Origin: Mobula hypostoma
Lineage: Eukaryota
DNA length: 64,000 nt
Direction: 5' to 3'
NCBI RefSeq assembly: GCF_963921235.1
Contig: NC_086097.1
Coordinates: 159,962,001 to 160,026,000 of the forward strand
A model generated the notes under the pieces. It did not search any database. It was given only the letters and a program-made list of their open reading frames with translations, and was not told the DNA's origin. The translations under genes were made by a program, and so were the position numbers. Positions 12,295-24,611 of this stretch are shown here, piece by piece; the stretch's first letter is position 1, and each line of letters opens with the position of its first letter.

Positions 12295-13691
12295 TAGTAA
12301 ATGGTGCTGCATATGCAAGGATATTGTTTATCAACTTCAGCTTGGCATTTAACATGATCATCCCTTAGAGGCTGGTGGGTAAACTTCAGAGGCTGTTGGC
12401 GCGTGGCCAAGTGGTTAAGGCGTTCGTCTAGTGATTTGAAGGTCGCTAGTTCGAACCTTGGCTGAGGCAGCATGTGTGTCCTTGAGCAAGGCACTTAACC
12501 ACACATTGCTCTGCGACGACACCGGTGCCAAGCTGTATAGGTTCTAATGCCCTTCCCTTGAACAACATCAGTGGTGTGGAGAGGGGAGACTTGCAGCATG
12601 GTCAACTGCTGGTCTTTCATACAATCTTGCCCAGGCCTGCACCCTGGAAACCTTCCAAGGCTCAAATCCATGGTCTCATGAGACTAACGGATGCCTATTT
12701 GGGGCTCAACACCCCTCTTTGTAAGTGGATCTTGGACTCCAGTCAGTCCAAGTTGGAAGCAACATCTCAAGCGCCATCATACTGAGTACTGGTGCCCCCC
12801 GCAAAGCTGTGTGCTCAGCCCACTGCTGTTCATGCTGCTGTCTCACATCTAACTGCACTGCCAGATCCAGCTGAAACCATTGAAACAGTAATTGGCCTCA
12901 TTAGCAACAATGATGAGTCGGCATACAGAGAGAGGGTAGAGAGGCTTGTGAAATGTTGTGAGAACAACAACCTGATTCTCAACGTGGACAAGGCAAAAGA
13001 ACTGATTATGGACTTCAGGAAGGCACATGTTAACCATTCTCCCTTGCACATTGATGGCTTTGCCATAGAGGGAGTGAAGAGCACAAAGCTCCTAGGTGTG
13101 CACATAATGGACAAACTAATCTGCACTCACAACATCTTCACAACACAGCATTGTCTTCACTTTCTGAGGATAGTGAGGTACGCAAGGCTCCTGCCCCTAT
13201 TCTAACAACGTTCTACAGGAGCATCACTGGGAGTGTCCTGTCTGGCTGCATCATTGTCTGGTATGGAATCTACAAGGTATCAGACTTCAAGACCCCACAG
13301 AGGATAGTAAAGATGGCTGAGAGAATCACTGGGATCTCCCTCCCCTCTATTTGTGGCATTTACTGGAAGTATTTTAGATGAAGGGCTTGAAGCATTGTTG
13401 AGGATCCGTACCACCCATGGGTAATAACTTCCTCCCTCAGGAAGTGAGGCTAATGAATACCCTGCCACCACTGAGGTCTCATCACTAGGACAATGAGCTG
13501 TTTTCAGTTTACTGTTTACCTGTACTGTGCATTACAGGAATTTTTGAATTATATTTTATTACCTCATGCACGGTAATATTTTGTTTTATGTGCTGCGTGT
13601 GATATATTGTGTGGATGCATCGTAGACCAGAGGAACATTGTTTCTTTTGGTTGTATATATGTACAGTCAGGTGACAATAAACTTGAACCTG
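12295..13691 (+). mobile_element. Rex1/Babar LINE 3' portion
   Basis: GLISNNDESAYRERVERLVKCCENNNLILNVDKAKELIMDFRK; TFYRSITGSVLSGCIIVWYG; ends gacaataaacttgaac. Confidence 0.85.
12388..12699 (+). mobile_element. tRNA-derived SINE with CORE-like segment and RTE-related body/tail
   Basis: Box A TGGCCAAGTGG, box B AGTTCGAACC, gtgtccttgagcaaggcacttaacc; interrupts the Rex ORF. Confidence 0.8.
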
Positions 13692-14589
13692 ATTCTCACT
13701 AACTTCTGCATATATAAAATTTCCCTCAGGTCCCTTTTAAATCTTTCCCCTCTCACCCTACATCTGTGCCACCTAGTTTTATCTTGCCTTCTCTAAGATA
13801 AAGACTGTTACCGTCCACTTTATCTGTGACTCTCAGAACAAACAGTTCCTTAAGGCTGCACCCCCCCCCCGCCCCATCCTCCTTCATTCCAGGAATAAAG
13901 ACCTAGGCAGGCCAAACTCTCCCTATAACTCTGGCCCTCTAAACCTGGTTAACATTATCATAATTTTTTTCTGTACTTTTCCTAATGTAACTACAACTTT
14001 CCTATAGCAGGATCACCAAAGCCACGCACAGTACTCTAAGTGCGACCTTACCAATGACTTGTGCAACTGCAACATAATGTTCCAACTCCTGTACTCAGTG
14101 CCCTGATCAATGAAGGCAGGGTGCCTGATGCCCTTTCACCACCCTGCCTACCTGTGATGTAGTTCATTTCTACCTTCCTCGTTATTTATCTTCTTGCTTT
14201 CTTTCTTCCTCTAAGATCCAGAAGTGGAAGTGATATTACTCTTTTTTTATGATTTGAAGACATTTTGAGGCAGCTCTTGGTACAATGAATGCATGCTATG
14301 GTGATTGGGAAGAAGGTCCCAGTTTTGTTAAATCACTTTTCTGTCGAAAAGGCCAATATAATTTCAGAGTTACAACAGGACCTAATAATATCAAGGGATA
14401 GGCCGACAATCCTAGAAAAAAGATAAACCATATATAATGGTTATTATGCTTCTGCTAGCACCTTGAAAAAGTAAATCAATTTACCCTCACTCTCTTCTTT
14501 CCCCATAGCTTTTCAAAATAGAAAACTGCTGAAAGAGTAATAATATTAGCTAAAACAGTAATGAAGAAAAGAGTGAAGGGTAATAAATA

Positions 14590-14750
14590 AGAGATTCTGG
14601 AGATGCTGGAAATCCAGATGCTGAAGGAACTCAGCAGGTCAGGCACAACCCATGGAAATGAATAAACAGTTGATGAAGGGTCTTGATCTGAAACATCAAC
14701 TCTTTATTCTGACTGACTTGCTGAGTTCCTCCTGCACATGTGTGTGTTAC
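14590..14750. mobile_element. Palindromic element made of two inverted Penelope pLTR arms
   Basis: Left arm gaaggaactcagcaggtcagg...aataaacagttgatg; right arm tgatgaagggtcttgatctgaaacatcaac...gctgagttcctcc. Confidence 0.8.
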
Positions 14751-15972
14751 TAAGGGTAATGAGTGTTATAAAAGTTCTCATTGCCACTGGTACTTAGGCC
14801 ATTGTAGAATAAACTTAGTTAACTAGGCCTATCAGAATCTACACTGAAAACAGAAATGAAATTTACATTTGAGAACTTCAGCTTAAAGAGGCCCTGGGTC
14901 ACAAAATGTTAAATTAATAACATATTTAGCATGAGAAGTAAAATTATTGATGTGTTCAAGCAAAATAATACATGAAAAGATCATTGCACCAAGTGATAAT
15001 GTAGAACTCTGGGAATGTAATGGGTACAAACTTTTCAATGTATTTTTCCCATCTGCATTATAAAATTATGCAATTCTGCATAAAACTGGACAAGAGTGTG
15101 AATGGATGTGCAACTGGGATAACAGGCGCCTGATCCCAGCCCTACCCATAAAGAAACAACAAGGACCACCTGTATTATACTCCCCTTCAAACAGCTTCCA
15201 TCTTCATTCCATAGTTCCAGGTTGTTGATCTTATGTATATTTACCAGGTATGCAAATTGACACAACAATGTTATGAAACTCCTTGGTATTAGAGACGAAC
15301 ATCAGGAACTCACGGTTGCCAATGTTCTTACGCAGCATCACAGTTTAATTATTTTTACAGTGAAACAGACTTGGTAAAGTAATATGCATTTATACGTCTT
15401 TGTTATACAAATTGTCTGCTGAAATTTTTGTCACTTGACTGCATTCATAATATATGAACAGTCTCAGGATAGTTGCCAAGTGTTATTTTCTATTTATTCT
15501 TTCAAGCACAGAGAATGGAAGAAAAAAAAATAATTTTGTAAGATTGTTCTCCTTGTGCGAGTGAAGCTCAAGTTTCAGGTAAAAGCCAGATGTTAGTTAA
15601 ATAAGCAGCACAGTACAGTACAGTACAGTACCAAATGAAAGGGACGGATGATTCCTAATGTGTAATTTGCTGCTTTCTCCAGGATTACTACCAAGCCTTT
15701 TCTTTACTGTGAACTAGGGAAGAGGGGTCAAAGTATGTGTAGATGGCAGATGTACCAGTTGGTATTTTCTTCTCAAATCCCTCCTTGTAAGTACAATTCA
15801 GCCTCATAATGCCTGGTGGGAATTGTATCGTAAAACATAAAAAGCCATTGTTATAGCCTGGAGGTAAAACTAGTCCCATTGTTAAGTTTTCCAGACTTAT
15901 ACCACTGTTTTATAGAAAATTAAACAACTGTAACTACAGGAAACCTGAAGTAAAAACACAAATTGCTGATAA

Positions 15973-16960
15973 TCATAAGACCATAAGACATAGCAGCAAA
16001 ATTGGGCCATTCAGCTCATTGAGTCTGCTCTGCTATTCCATTATGGCTGATCCTTTTCCCTCTGAACCTCGTTCTCCTATCTTTTCTATATAACCTTTTA
16101 TGCTCTGAAGAACCTATCAACCTCCACCTTAAATGCACCCAGTGCACTGGTCTCCACAGCCACCTGTGACAATGAATTCCACAAATTCACCACCCTCTGG
16201 CTAAAGGAATCCGTCCTCATCTCTGTTCCAAATGAACGTCCCTCTATTTCGAGGCTGTGCCCCCTGGTCCTAGACTCCCGCATTAAGGAAGCATCCTCTT
16301 CATATTCAGTCTATCTAGGCTTTTCAACATTAAATAGGTTTGGGGTTAACACTTCACTCTTTTAAATTCCAGTGAGTACAGGCCCAGAACCTTCAATCTC
16401 TGCTCACACAATAAACCTTTCATTCCCAGAAACATTTTCGTGAATCTCCTCTGAACCCTCTCCAATGTCAACACATTCTTTCTAAAATAAGGAACCCAAA
16501 ACTGCTCACAATACTCCAAATGAGTCTTCACCAGTGCCTTGTACAGCCTCAAAATTATATCCTTGCAATTATATTCTAGTCCTCTTGAAATGAATGCTAA
16601 CATTGCATTCACCTTCCTCATCACCGAATCAACCTATAAACTAATCTTTAGGGATCTCTGCACAAAGAGTGCCAAATCCCTTTGCACTGCGGGTTTTTGA
16701 ATTTTCTCCGTTCGGAAAATAGTCTATTCTTTTATTCCTTTTATCAAGGTGCAGGACCATACACTTCCCACTACTGTACCCTTTGACCATCTTCCTAGTC
16801 TGTCCAAGTCCTTCTGTAGCCTTTCTGCTTCCTCAACACTACCTGCCTTCTACCTATCACCTGTGGAATTCCACTAGTCACTGGAAGCCAATCTGCAAAG
16901 GTCCTCTGTTTCCACTCTTTGCCTCTTACCGATCAGCCAATGCTCCACCCATGCTAATAT
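15973..16960 (-). mobile_element. CR1 3' fragment with internal deletions
   Basis: ORFs 16098..16283 and 16346..16624 (LYKALVKTHLEYCEQFW); (CATAAGAC)n tail. Confidence 0.9.
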
Positions 16961-17645
16961 CTTTTCTCTTTTCAAATCTTTTTATTGTTATATTATACAA
17001 AAGAAATAACACGAGTACATTGAAGTAACAACACTTACAATGTCTCAAAAAAGACATTATCTTAAAGACTGAAAAAAAATTGTGATAACAAGAAAAACCT
17101 ACTAAGCAGAAAAAGTGAGGGAAAAAGAACCCATTAGGTGTACAACCCCGGAGTCATGTGTCATTCAAAAAGCTTCTAAAAATAAACTTCAAACTGCCAG
17201 CAAGAAAAGAAAATATACCAAAAAATTTACAATTAGATCGTGGAAAAAATCTATCAATTAGCTCAAATGACAATAACGAGCAAATGGGCCCCATTTTTTC
17301 TCAAAATCAAATAAAGGTTCAAAGGTTCGACTTCTAATTTTCTCCAAACTAAGACATAGCATCACTTGAGAGAACCATTGTGACAAAGTGGGAGCTGATG
17401 TATCCTTCCACTTCAACAAAATGGCCCTCCTAGCTTTCAATGTAACAAATGCAATAACATGTTGGTCAGACACAGAAATACCATGGATATTTTGAGGAAT
17501 TATTCCAAAAAGCAGAGTTAATTTATTAGGTTGTAGATTAATTCTAAGTGCTTTAGAAATTGTTGGAAAAAACGACTTCCAGAACTGTTCCAATATAGAA
17601 CAAGACCAAAACATATGTGTCAGTATAGTTTTACATCTATCACAA
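16961..17645 (-). mobile_element. L1-clade LINE 3' end (ORF2 CCHC region, 3' UTR, AATAAA)
   Basis: CDRCK..LTHMFWSC, ARRAILLKWK...P, LSLEKI in ORF 17258..17827; tttattg and T-rich end at ~16961-16990. Confidence 0.85.
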
Positions 17646-17679
17646 TGACTATCAACATTATCTTCTCTATAATACTCCC

Positions 17680-18138
17680 CAAGTATCGACCTATTGACCT
17701 GCCCGTACTCCCACAGGAATACATCGCCTTCTGTAAAAGAGAAGGCAGAACTCTGCTGCATCACAGACCACACGATTGTGTGATTGACCCCCACCCCCCA
17801 CACCTCCAGGGCACCATCACTCTCCAAGAACTTCTATTCTCCTTATCCCCTCCTGAGCTCCAAGCCATAAATGACTGTATTGCTGAAGCACTACAGCATG
17901 TCTTCATTTGAATATCCCAGTCTCAAGCCAGTGCAGAATTTTTCTTTGTCGAAAAGAAAGATGGGGCTACAGTGGACTCAATAAAATCACCATTAAGATC
18001 TATGACCCTCTCCCTTTGAAACATGCCACGGGGCCCAGAACTTCACTGATCTGGATTTACGGAGCATGTAAACCTGATACTCATCTGCTAGGGGAATGAG
18101 TGGAAGATGGCATTCTTAACACCCACTGGCCACTATGA
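17680..18138 (+). mobile_element. pol: Ty3/Gypsy (sushi-like) RT N-terminal fragment
   Basis: HRPHDCVID, FSLSPPELQAI, FFFVEKKDG, LNKITIK..PLP, EWKMAFLTPTGHYE across frameshifts. Confidence 0.85.
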
Positions 18139-18139
18139 A

Positions 18140-18830
18140 TTCTTGGAGCAACTTGAATCCACTTCAGTTGGCCTATTGTCGCAACAGGTCAACAACACAT
18201 GCGTTTTTATTGGCTCTTTGCTCAACTCTGGAAGATTTTGACAGAAAAGATACATACATCAGGATGCACTCCAGTGGCTACACCTTGGTATTAAATACTA
18301 TCATCACCTCAAACAAAACAAGAAGCTTCAAGACCTTGGCCTTAATACCTCCTTCTTTAACTGGATCCTCAATTTCCTCACTTGCAGATCCCTGTCAATT
18401 TGGATTGGCAACAACATAGGTGCACACAGGGCAATGTGCTTGGCTCCCTGTTCTACTTGCTTTACACTTATGACTGTGTGGCTAAGCACAGCTCAAATTC
18501 CATAGTTAATTTTGCTAATGACACCATTGCCATTGGTCGAATAAAAGGTGCTGACAAATCAGTATACAGAAGGGAGACTGAAACCTTAGCTGAGTGGTGC
18601 CTCAGCAACAACCTCTCACTGAATATCAGCAAGACCAAGGAAGTGATTATTGACTTCAAGAGGAGGAAATCAGAGGTCCATGAGCCAGTTCTCATCAGAG
18701 GAGGCAGGGGTGAAGAAGGTCAGAAACATTAAATTCCTCGGTGTCATCATTTCAGAGGATCCGTCCTGGGCCCTGCTTATAAATGCAATTACAAAGAAAG
18801 CACAGCAGCCCCTCTACTTAGAAGTTTGCC
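18140..18830 (+). mobile_element. Rex1/Babar RT fragment
   Basis: LNPLQLAYCRNRST; QGNVLGSLFYLLYTYDC; FANDT; NNLSLNISKTKEVIIDFKR. Confidence 0.85.
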
Positions 18831-18889
18831 AAGCTGTCCCACAATCTACACACCTCCTCTGCTATGGATATGTCACCCTTTGAAGTGCT

Positions 18890-19272
18890 TCAAAATTCAA
18901 AGTAAATTTATTATCAATGAACATACAGTATGTCACCATATACAAACCTGAGATTAATTTTCTTGTGGGCATTTTCAGTAAGTCCATAACAGAAAAATAA
19001 CCATACTAGAATCAATAAGAGTCCGCACCAACTGGATGTTCAACTGGTGTGCAAAAGGCAACAAATTGTCCAAGTACAAACAATAAAGAAAATATAATAA
19101 TAAATAAATAAGGAATAAGTATTGAGGACATTAGATAAAGGGTCCTTGGGTCCTTGGGAACATTTCAGTGATGAGGCAAGTGAATTTGAGTGCAGTTATC
19201 CCCTTTGATTCAAGAGCCTGATGGTTGAGGGGTAATAAGTGCCCCTGAATCTAGTGTGGGAGTCCTGAGGCT
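18890..19272 (-). mobile_element. Rex1/Babar 3' end
   Basis: Reverse-complement similarity to 9950-10340 (caaagtaaatttattatc...). Confidence 0.75.
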
Positions 19273-19276
19273 ACGT

Positions 19277-21790
19277 AGCAATACACGCAATGTGCTGAGC
19301 ATTCGAGCAGGTCAGGCAGCATCCATGGATGGGAATAAACAGCTGATGTTTCAGGATGAAACCCTTACTCAGGACTGGAAAGGAAGGGGGAAGAAGTCAG
19401 AATAAGAAGGTGGGGGCCAGAAGGAAGAAGTATAAAGGTGGCAGGTTATAGATGAAACCAGGAGAGGGGGAAGGGTGAAGTAAAGAGCTGGGAAGTTGAT
19501 TACTAGATAAAGGGCTGGAGAAGGAGAAATCTGATAGGAGTGGACAGAAGACCATGGAAGAAAGAGAAGGGGAAGGAGCACAAGATGGAGGTGATGAGCA
19601 GTTAAGAAGAGAAGGTGCATGAGGGAAACGGGAATGGGGAAAGAGAGGAGGGGGAGCAATTACTGGAAGTTCAAGAAATCGATGTTTATACTACTGGGTT
19701 AGACACTACCCAGATGGAATATAAGGAGTTGCTCTTCTATCCTGGCAGTAGAAGAGGTCATGGACTGACATATGGGAATGGGAAGTAGACTTGAAGTGGG
19801 TGGCCACCAGGAGATCCTGCTTTTTCTGGAGGATGGATTGTAGGTGCTTGATGAAGCAGTCTCACCAATATACAGGAGGCCACACCAGGAGCAGTGGATA
19901 CAGTAGATGACCCCAACAGACTTGTAGGTGAAGTGTCACCTCACCTGGAACGACTTGGAAGGACTGTTTGGGGCCATGCATGGTCGTGTGGGAGGAGGTG
20001 TAGGAGCAGTTGTGACACTTGTACTGCCTGAAAGGGTAAGTGCCAGGAGGGAGGTCAGTGGGGAGGGATGAGTAAACAAGGGAGTCGTGAAGAGAGCGGT
20101 CCTTGTGTAAAGTGGGAAGTGGGGGCGGGGGGGGATATGGTGGAGGATGTGCTTGGTGGTGGGATCCCTTTGGAGATGGCAGAATTTATTGAGAATTATG
20201 TCCTGGATGTGGAAGCTTGTGGAGTGGTGGGTGAGGATGAGGAACCCTATCTCTGCTGGGGTTGGAGTGGCAGGAGGATGGGGTGAGGACAGATGTGCAT
20301 GCAGGTGAGGATAGCATCAATGGTGGAGAAGAGAAGCCCCTTTCTTTGAAGAAGGAGGAAATCTCAGTTGTTTTGGAATGAGAAGCCTCATCCTGAGAAC
20401 AGATGTGGCAGAGACAGAGGCACTAAAAGAAGTGAATGGTGTTTTTACAAGTGACAAGATGAGAAGAGATATAGTCAAGATAGTTCTGAGTCAGTGGTTT
20501 TATAAAATATATCAGTAGATAGACTATCTCCAGAGATGGAGACAGGGAGATCAAGAAAGGGGACAGAGGTATCAGAAATGTTCCAAGTAAATTTGAAGGT
20601 TCAGTGGAAGTTGGAGGTGAAGTTGATGAAATTCATGAGCTCAGCATGACTGCAGGAAGCAGCACCAATGCGGTCGTCAATGTAGAGGAAGAGTTGGAGA
20701 GCGATTCCGGTGTGGGCTTGTATTATGGACTGTTCCACATAGCCGATGAAAAAGCAAGCATAGTTGGGACCCATGCAAGTTCCCATGGCTACACCTTGGG
20801 TTTGAGGGAAGTGGGAGGTGCTGAAATAGAAATTATTGAGAGTGAGGACCAATTCCACCAAATGGAGAAAAGTAGTGGTGGAGTGGAACTGGTTGGGTCT
20901 GTTGTCCAGAAAGAAGCAGAGAGCTTTAAGGACCTCCTGATGGGAGACAGAGTGTATAGGGACTGGACGTCCATAGTGAAAATGAAACAATCAGGATCAG
21001 GGAACTTAAAGTAATTGAAGAAATCGAGAGCGTGTGAAGTGTCACAGATGTAGGTAAGAAGGGACCGAACCAATGGGATAAAACAGAACTGAGATACGCA
21101 GACATGAGTTCAGTGGGGCAAGAGCAGCCTGAAACAATGAGTCTGCTTGGACAGGCAAGTTTGTGATCTTGGGTAAGAGGTAGAAATTGAAGGTGTGGGG
21201 TAAGGGAAATATGAGATGGTAGCAATGGATGGGAGATCACCAGAGTCGATGAGGTTGTTGATTGTGCTGGAGACAATGGCCTGATGCTCCTTAGTGAGGC
21301 CCTGTTCAAGGGGTAAGTAGGACGAAGCATCTGAGAGTTGCCATCTGGCCTCAGCAAGATAGTCAACCTGCCAGACTACTGCAGTACCCTTATCTGTGGG
21401 TTTGATGGTGAAGTCGGATTAGTGCAGAGACAGTGGAGAGCAGCACATTCAGAGGGAGTGAGGTTAGAATTGGAGAGAGGAGTGTTAAAGTTAAGATGGT
21501 TAATGTCTCATTGGCAGTTAGCAAAGCAGGCAAAAGACCAGGATGGGGTGTCCAAGAAGAAGAGAAGGGTTGAAGACTGAAGAAGGGGTCATCGATGTGG
21601 GCTGGAAAGTCATTGCCAAAGAAGTAGGCATGAAAATGGAGTTGACGGAAGAAGAGCTCGGTGCCATGGCGGGTGGGGAAGACACTGAGGTACGGACTCA
21701 GTGGGACAAAGATGAATCCCTTACTGAGAACAGAATGTTTTGCCTCAGAGATAGGAAGGACAGAGGGAATTGGGAAGACCTGACATGGTT
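19277..21790 (-). mobile_element. Penelope-like retroelement, near full length, decayed (N-terminus, RT, GIY-YIG, pLTR)
   Basis: VLSKGFIFVP, SRLIVSGCSCPTE, FTMDVQSLYT, GVAMGTCMGPNYAC, YIDD; GIY-YIG ~19670-19960; degenerate hammerhead ~19341-19376. Confidence 0.92.
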
Positions 21791-22667
21791 GAGAGCTGGG
21801 ATCAGGGAGTAGTCTACTAATACCAGATAGAGTTTCCAATTCTGGTGAAAACTTGGCGTGAAATAGCACAAGGTCATTAGCAGATCCAATGCTACATCAA
21901 GGTCGTTACCAAACATCCTCCCTTTCATACAACACCCAACAAGCTGTTTTAAAAATGCTCCTTTAGGTAGTTCACCCAATGCTACAAAAAGGCAGACTAA
22001 CTTTTCAAAAGCAAATAATCTACCTGTTTAGACAAGACTGACAGATGCCAATGTACTAACCTATCTGAAAATCCTAGTGGTTGGTTTTTATGGGGAGCAA
22101 CCACAGTTTCCTTCCAATTTTACTGAATTCACTGCTCTTAGATATGGCTGAGGAGTGATGAACATGAGTGCCCACTTGCACAAGCATAAAGAAGCAAATG
22201 GCTTCCTATGCTAGAATGTTCTTTGAGAATCGATAAATTTATCCAAGGAATAACTAAACCAGGAAATCCAAGGAATTTTCCCTGGGAATACGCAGAATTG
22301 AATGTGAGTAGCGTTGGATTAATGTAAATGGGTGTTTGATTTGCTGGATCAAAGAGCCTGTTTCTTTACTGTATGACTCTCTGACTCCATGATATGGGAT
22401 TTAAAATTCCTAGGTGCAGATGAAATGGTCTGATTGTTTTTCACTCAAAAATGATCTTCAACCTTAAGCTTGAGTCTGCTGGAATTTAGAAGAGTGATTG
22501 GCTCATATGAAATGCTAAGGGGTGGAGAGAGTTCTTTCTCTTGTGGGAGAATCTAAACGAGGAGATATTATTTAAAAGCATGTTATGACCTATTATGGTA
22601 TTAAGGCCGAGGCAGTGTGTTTTCCTTTGCTCTCAGAGGTTTGCAAGTCTTTGGACCTCTCTTCATC

Positions 22668-22800
22668 AAACAGTCCTGCTGAAGGGTCTCGGTCCAAAAC
22701 ATCAACTGTACTCTTTTCCATAGATGCTGACTGGCCTGCTGAGCTCCTCCAGCATTTTGTGTGTGTTACTTAGATTTCCAGCATCTGCAGATTTTCACTT
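22668..22800 (+). mobile_element. Penelope pLTR fragment, degenerate hammerhead
   Basis: cagtcctgctgaagggtctcggtccaaaacatcaactg...gatgctg...ctgctgagctcctccagcattttgtgtgtg. Confidence 0.85.
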
Positions 22801-22869
22801 GCTCCTAAAACAGTGCTGGATCTTGGTCTCTGACTATTTTTAAAGTGGAAATAGTTATGTGCTGAGAGT

Positions 22870-23590
22870 TATAAGACCATAAGGTATAGGAGCAGAATTT
22901 GGCTATTTGGTGCATAGAGCCGCTGCCATTCCGTCGTGGATAATTTATAGTGTCAGATAAAAGTAGAGCGCAGAAAGTCCCATTCAGTCCATCTACTCTG
23001 TGCCGGACCACTTGAACAGGCTACTCCATTGACCTGCACTGGGCCCATGGCCTTTCATACCCCGACCTTTCCAAGCTTCTCTTTAACGTTGAAATCAAGC
23101 TCACATGTACCACTTCCAGTGGCAGCTCACTCCAAACTCTCACAACCCTCTGAGTGAAGAAGTTTCACCTCATGTTTCCCTTAAACTTTTCACCTTTCAG
23201 CCTTAACCTATGACCTCAAGCTCTAGTCCAGTGGAAAAAGTCTGCTTGCATTTACCCTATCTGTACCCCTCATAATTTTATATATCTCTATGAAATCTGA
23301 CCTTATTCTCCTATGCTTCAAGCATGTCCTAACCTATTCGACAATTCCCTATAACGCAGGTTCTCAAGTCCTCCAACATCCTTATAAATTTTATCTATAC
23401 TCTTTTAATCTCTTTCATATCTTTCCTGTAGGTAGGTGACTATAACGTACACAGGACTCTACATTAGGCGTCACCAATGTCATATACATCTTCAACATCC
23501 CAACTCCTGTACTCAGTACCTTGATTTATGAAGGACAATTTGCTAAAAGCTCTCTTTACAACCCCATCTATCTGTGACAACAATTTCAAC
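22870..23590 (-). mobile_element. CR1 3' fragments (probably two abutting ends)
   Basis: ataagaccataag tail then CR1 3' UTR/RT-like sequence. Confidence 0.75.
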
Positions 23591-23888
23591 GAGCTACAGA
23601 TATGAAGTCATTTCTTGTCATGAAAGATTGCTTAGGAAAAATCCTCTTGGATTTCTATGCATGTATTTTTGTGAAGATTGAGAATAATGAGTCTTTCTGA
23701 ATATCAAGGGAACAAAATCCACTGAGGCAAAGCCAGAAAGGACACAGTAGCATGCAATGTGAGATTTTTCATTGTGCATTAAATTTTTGGCTTATATCAA
23801 CATTAAAATGGAAGTACTCCTGAAAGAACATGAAGCTAATAATGTAATTTAAGTGTTGTCCCAGAGTGTTGTCAATATTTTTTAGTAG

Positions 23889-24611
23889 TGTTACACGTCC
23901 ACAGTTTCATTTTCCTGGGAGTCCATAGTTTTGTTTTACTGGGAATCCACAGTTTTGTTTCTGTGAGCGTTACCTTATGACGTATGCCGACGGTATAAAA
24001 GAAATCTGGACATAGTGCTGAGAAGGCGTTGAAGGAAAGAGAGAGAGAGAGTGAAGACTGCAGACTTCAAGCTATCAGGAAACACGATTGAGAAGCGTCT
24101 AATGCTTACCCATACCCAAAGGATTGAGTTACTCAGCGACGCACTGTGCACTGTGGAGACGTGTCTGTCCTTCGTATGATCAATGGGTGTGGATTTTGTG
24201 ACAGTCACTTTGTGAAATCGCTCTTCCTGAACTTTGGAACAATATTCCTCAGCTGGGATCTTCGGTAACTGTTTCTTCATTCGCTAGCCGTGGAATCCTT
24301 GGAATTTGTTGTGATCGCCTTGTCCCTGCACTCTGAATCCACAAGTCTCTCCTCTCACCTATTTCGTGAATTACTGGGACTCTCTGAACCGCCACTTTAA
24401 GACTGTGCTTGGGTAAGATTTGTTAGGAATGGGTTCTAAGTCTGACTGTAAGGGAGCTATAGACGCATAACACTGTTAACTTCTGTTTAAGAAAGTGGTT
24501 CATTTAATTTTCTATATTTTTGGGTAGATGTAAATAAATATAGTGGTTTTAATATTAAAACCCGACTCAATTTGTCATCCCTTGCTGCTGGTACGTTACA
24601 AAATCATAACA
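23889..24611 (+). mobile_element. Solo LTR (Gypsy-like) with 4-bp TSD
   Basis: TGTTA...TAACA termini; GTAG at 23885-23888 and 24612-24615; TATAAAA at ~23995; AATAAA at ~24533. Confidence 0.8.

Larger units (their letters stand above)
12075..14160 (-). mobile_element. Old CR1 3' fragment split by the Rex1 insertion at 12295-13691
   Basis: CR1-like 12075-12294 resumes at 13692; ATTC on both sides of the insert. Confidence 0.7.

Noticed and set aside
12397..12470. tRNA gene
   Set aside because: A/B boxes run into a SINE body; no convincing acceptor stem or Pol III terminator
19341..19376. Active hammerhead in the long Penelope copy
   Set aside because: Core reads CTGAGTA and stem III ACATC; essential positions are mutated
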